A stretch of DNA of 64,000 nucleotides from the human T2T-CHM13v2.0 reference genome, Homo sapiens: assembly GCF_009914755.1 (NCBI RefSeq), contig NC_060937.1, one strand, 5' to 3'. The notes beneath the pieces were generated by a model that saw only the letters and a program-made list of their open reading frames with translations, was not told the origin of the DNA and searched no databases. Below are positions 1 through 12,290 of the stretch, piece by piece (positions within the stretch are counted from its first letter, which is position 1; each line of letters starts with the position of its first letter). The position numbers and the translations under genes are program-made.

Positions 1-3000
1 ATATATATTATATACTGTACATAAAATATCAAAGTACCGAAAGTATATATTCTATACTGTACAAAAAATATCAAAGTACCCAAAGCATGTATTATATACT
101 GTACATAAATTATGAAAGTACATCAAATATATATTTTATTCTGTACATAAAATATCAAAGTACACCAAATATATATTCTATAGTGTACATTAAATATCAA
201 AGTACCCAAACTATACATTATATACTGCACATAAAATATGAAATTACATCAAATATATATTATATTAGGTACATAAAATATGAAAGTACATCAAATATAT
301 ATTATATACTCTACATAAAATACCAAAGTACCCCAAATACATATTATATACTGTACATGCAATATCAAAGTTCACACACTATATATTATATACTGTACAT
401 AAAATATCAAAGTACCGAAGCTATATATTCTATACTGTACAAAAAATATCAAAGTACCCAAAGCATGTATTATATACTGTACATAAAATATGAAAGTACA
501 TCAAATATATATTTAATTCTGTACATAAAATATCAAAGTACACCAAATATATATTCTATAGTGTACATAAAATAAGAAAGTACCCAAACTATACATTGTA
601 TACTGTACATAAAATATGAAATTACATCAAATATATATTACATTAGGTACATAAAATATGAAAGTACATCAAATATAGATTATATACTGTACATAAAATA
701 CCAAAGTACCCCAAATACATATTATATACTGTACATGCAATATCAAAGTTCACAAACTATATATTATATACTGTACATAAAATATCAAAGCACCCAAGGT
801 ATATATTCTATACTGTACAAAAAATATAAAAGTACCCAAAACATGTATTATATACTGTACATAAAATATGAAAGTACATCAAATATATATTTTATTCTGT
901 ACATAAAATATCAAAGTACACCAAATATATATTCTATAGAGTACATAAAATATCAAAGTACCCAAACTATACATTATATACTGTACATAAAATATGAAAT
1001 TACATCAAATATATATTATAATAGGTACATAAAATATGAAAGTACATCAAATATAAATTATGTACTGTACATAAAATACCAAAGAACCCCAAATATATAT
1101 TATATACTGTACATGAAATATCAAAGTTCACAAACTATATATTATATACTGTATATAAAATATCAAAGTACCCAAGGTATATATTCTATACTGTACAAAA
1201 AATATCAAAGTACCCAAAGCATGTATTATATACTGTTCATAAAATATGAAAGTACATCAAATATATATTTTATTCTGTACATAAAATATCAAAGTACACC
1301 AAATATATATTCTATAGTGTACATTAAATATCAAAGTACCCAAACTATACATTGTATACTGTACATAAAATATGAAATTACATCAAATATATATTATATT
1401 AGGTACATAAAGAATGAAAGTACATCAAATATAGATTATATACTGTACATAAAATACCAAAGTACCCCAAATACATATTATATACTGTACATGAAATATC
1501 AAAGTTCACAAACTATATATTATATACTGTACATAAAATATCAAAGTACCGAAGGTATATATTCTATACTGTACAAAAAATATCAAAGTACCCAAAGCAT
1601 GTATTATATACTGTACATAAAATATGAAAGTACATCAAATATATATTTTATTTTGTACATAAAATATCAGTATACCAAATATATATTCTATAGTGTACTT
1701 AAAATATCAAAGTACCCAAACTCTACACTACATACTGTACATAAAATATGAAATTACATCAAATATATATTATATTAGGTACATAAAATATGAAAGTACA
1801 TCAACTATAATTTATATACTGTACATAAAATACCAAAGTACCCCAAATATATATTATATACTGTACATAAAATATCAAAGTACCGAAAGTATATAGTCTA
1901 TACTGTACAAAAAATATCAAAGTACCCAAAGCATGTATTATATACTGTACATAAATTATGAAAGTACATCAAATATATATTTTATTCTGTACATAAAATA
2001 TCAAAGTACACCAAATATATACTCTATAGTGTACATAAAATATCAAAGTACCCAAACTATACATTATATACTGTACATAAAATATGAAATTACATCAAAT
2101 ATATATTATAATAGGTACATAAAATATGAAAGTACATCAAATATAAATTATATACTGTACATAAAATACCAAAGAACCCCAAATATATATTATATACTGT
2201 ACATGAAATATCAAAGTTCACAAACTATATATTATATACTGTATATAAAATATCAAAGTACCCAAGGTATATATTCTATACTGTACAAAAAATATCAAAG
2301 TACCCAAAGCATGTATTATATACTGTTCATAAAATATGAAAGTACATCAAATATATATTTTATTCTGTACATAAAATATCAAAGTACGCCAAATATATAT
2401 TCTATAGTGTACATTAAATATCAAAGTATCCAAACTATACATTATATACTGTACATAATATATGAAATTACATCAAATATATATTATATTAGGTACATAA
2501 AATATGAAAGTACATCAAATATAGATTATATACTCTACATAAAATACCAAAGTACCCCAAATACATATTATATACTGTACATGAAATATCAAAGTTCACA
2601 AACTATATATTATATACTGTACATAAAATATCAAAGTACCAAAAGTATATATTCTATACTGTACAAAAAATATCAAAGTACCCAAAGCATGTATTATATA
2701 CTGTACATAAAATATGAATGTACATCAAATATATATTTTATTCTGTACATAAAATATCAAAGTACACCAAATATATATTCTATAGTGTACATAAAATATC
2801 AAAGTACCCAAACTATACATTATATACTGCACATAAAATATGAAATTACATCAAATATATATTATATTAGGTACATAAAATATGAAAGTACATCAAATAT
2901 ATATTATATACTCTACATAAAATACCAAAGTACCCCAAATACATATTATATACTGTACATGCAATATCAAAGTTCACACACTATATATTATATACTGTAC

Positions 3001-5190
3001 ATAAAATATCAAAGTACCGAAGCTATATATTCTATACTGTACAAAAAATATCAAAGTACCCAAAGCATGTATCATATACTGTACATAAAATATGAAAGTA
3101 CATCAAATATATATTTAATTCTGTACATAAAATATCAAAGTACACCAAATATATATTCTATAGTGTACATAAAATATCAAAGTACCCAAACTATACATTA
3201 TATACTGTACATAAAATATGAAATTACATCAAATATATATTACATTAGGTACATAAAATATGAAAGTACATCAAATATAGATTATATACTGTACATAAAA
3301 TACCAAAGTACCCCAAATACATATTATATACTGTACATGCAATATCAAAGTTCACAAACTATATATTATATACTGTACATAAAATATCAAAGTACCCAAG
3401 GTATATATTCTATACTCTACAAAAAATATCAAACTACGCAAAGCATGTATTATATACTGTACATAAAATATGAAAGTACATCAAATATATATTTTATTCT
3501 GTACATAATATATCAAAGTACACCAAATATATATTCTATAGTGTACATAAAATATCAAAGTACCCAAACTATACATTATATCCTGTACATAAAATATGAA
3601 ATTACATCAAATATATATTATAATAGGTACATAAAATATGAAAGTACATCAAATATAAATTATATACTGTACATAAAATACCAAAGAACCCCAAATATAT
3701 ATTATATACTGTACATGAAATATCAAAGTTCACAAACTATATATTATATACTGTATATAAAATATCAAAGTACCCAAGGTATATATTCTATACTGTACAA
3801 AAAATATCAAAGTACCCAAAGCATGTATTATATACTGTTCATAAAATATGAAAGTACATCAAATATATATTTTATTCTGTACATAAAATATCAAAGTACA
3901 CCAAATATATATTCTATAGTGTACATTAAATATCAAAGTACCCAAACTATACATTATATACTGTACATAAAATATGAAATTACATCAAATATATATTATA
4001 TTAGGTACATAAAATATGAAAGTACATCAAATATAGATTATATACTGTACATAAAATACCAAAGTACCCCAAATACATATTATATACTGTACATGAAATA
4101 TCAAAGTTCACAAACTATATATTATATACTGTACATAAAATATCAAAGTACCAAAAGTATATATTCTATACTGTACAAAAAATATCAAAGTACCCAAAGC
4201 ATGTATTATATACTGTACATAAAATATGAAAGTACATCAAATATATATTTTATTCTGTACATAAAATATCAAAGTACACCAAATATATATTCTATAGTGT
4301 ACATAAAATATCAAAGTACCCCAAATATACATTATATACTGTACATAAAATATGATATTACATCAAATATATATTATATTAGGTACATAAAATATGAAAG
4401 TGCATCAAATATATATTATATACTCTACATAAAATACCAAAGTACCCCAAATACATATTATATACTGTACATGCAATATCAAAGTTCACACACTATATAT
4501 TATATACTGTACATAAAATATCAAAGTACCGAAGCTATATATTCTATACTGTACAAAAAATATCAAAGTACCCAAAGCATGTATTATATACTGTACATAA
4601 AATATGAAAGTACATCAAATATATATTTAATTCTGTACATAAAATATCAAAGTACACCAAATATATATTCTATAGTGTACATAAAATATCAAATTACCCA
4701 AACTATACATTATATACTGTACATAAAACATGAAATTACATCAAATATATATTATATTAGGTACATAAAATATGAAGGTACATCAAATATAGATTATATA
4801 CTGTACATAAAATACCAAAGTACCCCAAATATATATTATATACTGTACATGAAATATCAAAGTTCACAAACTATATATTATATACTGTATATAAAATATC
4901 AAAGTACCCAAGGTATATATTCTATACTGTACAAAAAATATCAAAGTACCCAAAGCATGTATTATATACTGTTCATAAAATATGAAAGTACATCAAATAT
5001 ATATTTTATTCTGTACATAAAATATCAAAGTACACCAAATATATATTCTATAGTGTACATTAAATATCAAAGTACCCAAACTATACATTATATACTGTAC
5101 ATAAAATATGAAATTACATCAAATATATATTATATTAGGTACATAAAATATGAAAGTACATCAAATATAGATTATATACTGTACATAAAA
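1..5190 (+). repeat. 378-bp (9 x 42) HOR domain 1
   Basis: Monomer order A-B-C-D-E-F-G-H-I repeats, seen as a 126-aa period in ORF 1933..5229. Diagnostics are B 'ttctatagtgtac', I 'aagcatgtattat' and G 'gttcacaaac'. Confidence 0.92.
2100..5120 (+). repeat. Imperfect 1512-bp (4 x 378) super-repeat
   Basis: 'tattataatagg' at ~2103/3615, 'accaaaagtat' at ~2638/4150, and 'ttcacacact' + 'accgaagct' at ~2973/4485 and ~3017/4529, all offset by 1512. Confidence 0.8.
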
Positions 5191-8100
5191 TATCAAACTA
5201 CACAAATATATATCATATACTGTACATGAAATATCAAGGTACCCAAACTATACATTATATACTGTACATAAAATATGAAATTACATCAAATATATATTAT
5301 ATTAGGTACAGAAAATATGAAATTACATCAAATATATATTATATTAGGTATGTAAAATATGAAAGTACATCAAATATAGATTATATACTGTACGTAAAAT
5401 ACCAAAGTACCCCAAATATATATTTTATACTGTACATGAAATATCAAAGTTCTCAAACTATATATTATATACTGCACATAAAATATCAAAGTACCCAAGG
5501 TATATATTCCATACTGTACAAAAAATATCAAAGTACCCAAAGCATATATTATATGCTGTACATAAAATATGAAAGTACATCAAATATATATTTTATTCTG
5601 TACATAAAATATCAAAGTACACCAAATATATATTCTATACTGTACATAAAATATCAAGGTACCCAATCTATACATTATATACTGTACATAAAACATGAAA
5701 TTACATCAAATATATATTATATTAGGTACATAAAATATGAAAGTACATCAAATATAGATTATATACTGTACATAAAATATCAAAGTACCCAAATATATAT
5801 CATATACTGTACATGAAATATCAAAGTTCACAAACTATATATTATATACTGTACATAAAATATCAAAGTACCCAAACTATACATTATATACTGTACATAA
5901 AATATGAAATTACATCAAATATATATTTTATTAGGTATGTAAAATATGAAAGTACATCAAATATAGATTATATACTGTACATAAAATACCAAAGTACCAC
6001 AAATATATATTTTATACTGTACATGAAATATCAAAGTTCTCAAACTATATATTATATACTGCACATAAAATATCAAAGTACCCAAGCTATATATTCCATA
6101 CTGTACAAAAAATATCAAAGTACCCAAAGCATATATTATATGCTGTCCATAAAATATGAAAGTATATCAAATATATATTTTATTCTGTACATAAAATATC
6201 AAAGTACACCAAATATATATTCTATACTGTACATAAAATATCAAGGTACCCAAACTATACATTATATACTGTACATAAGATATGAAATTACATCAAATAT
6301 ACATTATATTAGGTACATAAAATATGAAAGTACATCAAATATAGATTATATACTGTACATAAAATCTCAAAGTACCCAAATATATATCATATACTGTACA
6401 TGAAATATCAAAGTTCACAAACTATATATTATATACTGTACATAAAATATCAAATTACCCAAACTATATATTATATACTGTACATAAAATATGAAATTAC
6501 ATCAAATATATATTTTATTAGGTATGTAAAATATGAAAGTACATCAAATATAGATTATATACTGTACATAAAATACCAAAGTACCACAAATATATATTTT
6601 ATACTGTACATGAAATATCAAAGTTCTCAAACTATATATTATATACTGCACATAAAATATCAAAGTACCCAAGGTATATATTCCATACTGTACAAAAAAT
6701 ATCAAAGTACCCAAAGCATATATTATATGCTGTACATAAAATATGAAAGTACATGAAATATATATTTTATTCTCTACATAAAATATCAAAGTACACCAAA
6801 TATATATTCTATACTGTACATAAAATATCAAGGTACCCAAACTATACATTATATACTGTACATAAAATATGAAATTACATCAAATATATATTATATTAGG
6901 TACATAAAATATGAAAGTACATCAAATATAGATTATATACTGTACAAAAAATATCAAAGTACCCAAATATATACCATATACTGTACATGAAATATCAAAG
7001 TTCACAAACTATATATTATATACTGTACATAAAATATCAAAGTACCCAAACTATACATTATATACTGTACATAAAATATGAAATTACATCAAATATATAT
7101 TTTATTAGGTATGTAAAATATGAAAGTACATCAAATATAGATTATATACTGTACATAAAATACCAAAGTACCCCAAATATATATTTTATACTGTACATGA
7201 AATATCAAAGTTCTCAAACTATATATTATATAGTGCACATAAAATATCAAAGTACCCAAGGTATATATTCCATACTGTACAAAAATTATCAAAGTACCCA
7301 AAGCATATATTATATGCTGTACATAAAATATGAAAGTACATGAAATATATATTTTATTCTGTACATAAAATATCAAAGTACACCAAATATATATTCTATA
7401 CTGTACATAAAATATCAAGGTACCCAAATATATATCATATACTGTACATGAAATATCAAAGTTCACAAACTATATATTATATACTGTACATTAAATATCA
7501 AAGTACCCAAACTATACATTATATACTGTACATAAAATATGAAATTACATCAAATATATATTTTATTAGGTATGTAAAATATGAAAGTACATCAAATATA
7601 GATTATATACTGTACATAAAATACCAAAGTACACCAAATATATATTTTATACTGTACATGAAATATCAAAGTTCTCAAAGTATATATTATATAGTGCACA
7701 TAAAATATCAAAGTACCCAAGGTATATATTCCATACTGTACAAAAATTATCAAAGTACCCAAAGCATATATTATATGCTGTACATAAAATATGAAAGTAC
7801 ATCAAATATATATTTTATTCTGTACATAAAATATCAAAGTATACCAAATATATATTCTATACTGTACATAAAATATCAAGGTACCCAAACTATACATTAT
7901 ATACTGTACATAAGATATGAAATTACATCAAATATATATTATATTAGGTACATAAAATATGAAAGTACATCAAATATAGATTATATACTGTACATAAAAT
8001 ATCAAAGTACCCAAATATATATCATATACTGTACATGAAATATCAAAGTTCACAAACTATATATTATATACTGTACATAAAATATCAAAGTACCCAAACT

Positions 8101-11100
8101 ATACATTATATACTGTACATAAAATATGAAATTTCATCAAATATATATTTTATTAGGTATGTAAAATATGAAAGTACATCAAATATAGATTATATACTGT
8201 ACATAAAATACCAAAGTACCCCAAATATATATTTTATACTGTACATGAAATATCAAAGTTCTCAAACTATATATTATATAGTGCACATAAAATATCAAAG
8301 TACCCAAGGTATATATTCCATACTGTACAAAAATTATCAAAGTACCCAAAGCATATATTATATGCTGTACATAAAATATGAAAGTACATCAAATATATAT
8401 TTTATTCTGTACATAAAATATCAAAGTACACCAAATATATATTCTATACTGTACATAAAATATCAAGGTACCCAAACTATACATTATATACTGTACATAA
8501 GATATGAAATTACATAAAATATATATTATATTAGGTACATAAAATATGAAAGTACATCAAATATAGATTATATACTGTACATAAAATATCAAAGTACCCA
8601 AATATATATCATATACTGTACATGAAATATCAAAGTTCACAAACTATATATTATATACTGTACATAAAATATCAAAGTACCCAAACTATACATTATATAC
8701 TGTACATAAAAGATGAAATTACATCAAATATATATTATATTAGGTATGTAAAATATGAGAGTACATCAAATATAGATTATATACTGTACATAAAATACCA
8801 AAGTACCCCAAATATATATTTTATACTGTACATGAAATATCAAAGTTCTCAAACTATATATTATATACTGCACATAAAATATCAAAGTACCCACGGTATA
8901 TATTCCATACTGTACAAAAAATATCAAAGTACCCAAAGCATATATTATATGCTGTACATAAAATATGAAAGTACATCAAATATATATTTTATTCTGTACA
9001 TAAAATATCAAAGTACACCAAATATATATTCTATACTGTACATAAAATATCAAGGTACCCAAACTATACATTATATACTGTACATAAAATATGAAATTAC
9101 ATCAAATATATATTATATTAGGTACATAAAATATGAAAGTACATCAAATATAGATTATATACTGTACATAAAATATCAAAGTACCCAAATATATATCATA
9201 TACTGTACATGAAATATCAAAGTTCACAAACTATATATTATATACTGTACATAAAATATCAAAGTACCCAAACTATACATTACATACGGTACATAAAATA
9301 TGAAATTACATCAAATATATATTTTATTAGGTATGTAAAATATGAAAGTACATCAAATATAGATTATATACTGTACATAAAATACCAAAGTACCCCAAAT
9401 ATATATTTTATACTGTACATGAAATATCAAAGTTCTCAAACTATATATTATATAGTGCACATGAAATATCAAAGTACCCAAGGTATATATTCCATACTGT
9501 ACAAAAATTATCAAAGTACCCAAAGCATATATTATATGCTGTACATAAAATATGAAAGTACATCAAATATATATTTTATTCTGTACATAAAATATCAAAG
9601 TACACCAAATATATATTCTATACTGTACATAAAATATCCAGGTACCCAAACTATACATTATATACTGTACATAAGATATGAAATTACATCAAATATATAT
9701 TATATTAGGTACATAAAATATGAAAGTACATCAAATATAGATTATATACTGTACATAAAATATCAAAGTTCCCAAATATATATCATATACTGTACATGAA
9801 ATATCAAAGTTCACAAACTATATATTATATACTGTACATAAAATATCAAAGTACCCAAACTATACATTATATACTGTACATAAAATCTGAAATTACATCA
9901 AATATATATTATATTAGGTATGTAAAATATGAAAGTACATCAAATATAGATTATATACTGTACATAAAATACCAAAGTACCCCAAATATATATTTTATAC
10001 TGTACATGAAATATCAAAGTTCTCAAACTATATATTATATACTGCACATAAAATATCAAAGTACCCACGGTATATATTCCATACTGTACAAAAAATATCA
10101 AAGTACCCAAAGCATATATTATATGCTGTACATAAAATATGAAAGTACATCAAATATATATTTTATTCTGTACATAAAATATCAAAGTACACCAAATATA
10201 TATTCTATACTGTACATAAAATATCAAGGTACCCAAACTATACATTATATACTGTACATAAAATATGAAATTACATCAAATATATATTATATTAGGTACA
10301 TAAAATATGAAAGTACATCAAATATAGATTATATACTGTACATAAAATATCAAAGTACCCAAATATATATCATATACTGTACATGAAATATCAAAGTTCA
10401 CAAACTATATATTATATACTGTACATAAAATATCAAAGTACCCAAACTATACATTACATACTGTACATAAAATATGAAATTACATCAAATATATATTTTA
10501 TTAGGTATGTAAAATATGAAAGTACATCAAATATAGATTATATACTGTACATAAAATACCAAAGTACCCCAAATATATATTTTATACTGTACATGAAATA
10601 TCAAAGTTCTCAAACTATATATTATATAGTGCACATGAAATATCAAAGTACCCAAGGTATATATTCCATACTGTACAAAAATTATCAAAGTACCCAAAGC
10701 ATATATTATATGCTGTACATAAAATATGAAAGTACATCAAATATATATTTTATTCTGTACATAAAATATCAAAGTACACCAAATATATATTCTATACTGT
10801 ACATAAAATATCCAGGTACCCAAACTATACATTATATACTGTACATAAGATATGAAATTACATCAAATATATATTATATTAGGTACATAAAATATGAAAG
10901 TACATCAAATATAGATTATATACTGTACATAAAATATCAAAGTTCCCAAATATATATCATATACTGTACATGAAATATCAAAGTTCACAAACTATATATT
11001 ATATACTGTACATAAAATATCAAAGTACCCAAACTATACATTATATACTGTACATAAAATCTGAAATTACATCAAATATATATTATATTAGGTATGTAAA

Positions 11101-12290
11101 ATATGAAAGTACATCAAATATAGATTATATACTGTACATAAAATACCAAAGTACCCCAAATATATATTTTATACTGTACATGAAATATCAAAGTTCTCAA
11201 ACTATATATTATATACTGCACATAAAATATCAAAGTACCCAAGGTATATATTCCATACTGTACAAAAAATATCAAAGTACCCAAAGCATATATTATATGC
11301 TGTACATAAAATATGAAAGTACATCAAATATATATTTTATTCTGTACATAAAATATCAAAGTACACCAAATATATATTCTATACTGTACATAAAATATCA
11401 ACGTACCCAAACTATACATTTTATACTGTACATAAAATATGAAATTATATCAAATATATATTATATTAGGTACATAAAATATGAAAGTACATCAAATATA
11501 GATTATACACTGTACATAAAATATCAAAGTACCCAAATATATATCATATACTGTACATGAAATATCAAAGTTCACAAACTATATATTATATACTGTACAT
11601 AAAATATCAAAGTACCCAAACTATACATTATATACTGAACATAAAAGATGAAATTACATAAAATATATATTATATTAGGTATGTAAAATATGAGAGTACA
11701 TCAAATATAGATTATATACTGTACATAAAATACCAAAGTACCCCAAATATATATTTTATACTGTACATGAAATATCAAAGTTCTCAAACTATATATTATA
11801 TACTGCACATAAAATATCAAAGTACCCAAGGTATATATTCCATACTGTACAAAAAATATCAAAGTACCCAAAGCATATATTATATGCTGTACATAAAATA
11901 TGAAAGTACATCAAATATATATTTTATTCTGTACATAAAATATCAAAGTACACCAAATATATATTCTATACTGTACATAAAATATCAACGTACCCAAACT
12001 ATACATTATATACTGTACATAAAATATGAAATTACATCAAATATATATTATATTAGGTACATAAAATATGAAAGTACATCAAATATAGATTATATACTGT
12101 ACATAAAATATCAAAGTACCCAAATATATATCATATACTGTACATGAAATATGAAAGTTCACAAACTATATATTATATACTGTACATAAAATATCAAAGT
12201 ACCCAAACTATACATTATATACTGTACATAAAATATGAAATTACATCAAATATATATTATATTAGGTATGTAAAATATGAAAGTACATCA
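5190..12290 (+). repeat. 587-bp (14 x 42 - 1) HOR domain 1, ~12 units
   Basis: Unit starts at 5226, 5813, 6400, 6987, 7448, 8035, 8622, 9209, 9796, 10383, 10970, 11557 and 12144, spaced 587 bp except one 461-bp unit. Each unit carries the 41-bp monomer 'agtacccaaatatatatcatatactgtacatg' and private variants (aggtatgtaa, gttctcaaac, ctgcacat, tattccatac, tatatgctg, caaggtacc). Confidence 0.93.
8622..11140 (+). repeat. 1174-bp (2 x 587) tandem duplication within the 14-mer domain
   Basis: Units 9209 and 10383 share VHMK, KNY, YPGT and SSQIY variants. Units 8622 and 9796 share 'acccacggt' (THG). Units 9796 and 10970 share 'aaatctgaaatt' (KSE). Confidence 0.82.

Noticed and set aside
1933-5229. 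1098-aa ORF and other long Tyr/Ile/Lys-rich ORFs (e.g. 22382..25333, 61592..63880) as repeat proteins
   Set aside because: The 42-bp monomer is divisible by 3 and one + frame has no stop in the consensus, so long ORFs are automatic. There are no unique termini or domains, substitutions change amino acids freely, and stops and frameshifts fall sporadically.
6544-6849. Hydrophobic minus-strand ORFs (also 7131, 13503, 15015, 46585, 53624, 61122) as membrane peptides
   Set aside because: They open only where a point variant (tca>tga on the + strand) removes a recurring minus-strand stop. The hydrophobicity reflects the T-rich strand composition.
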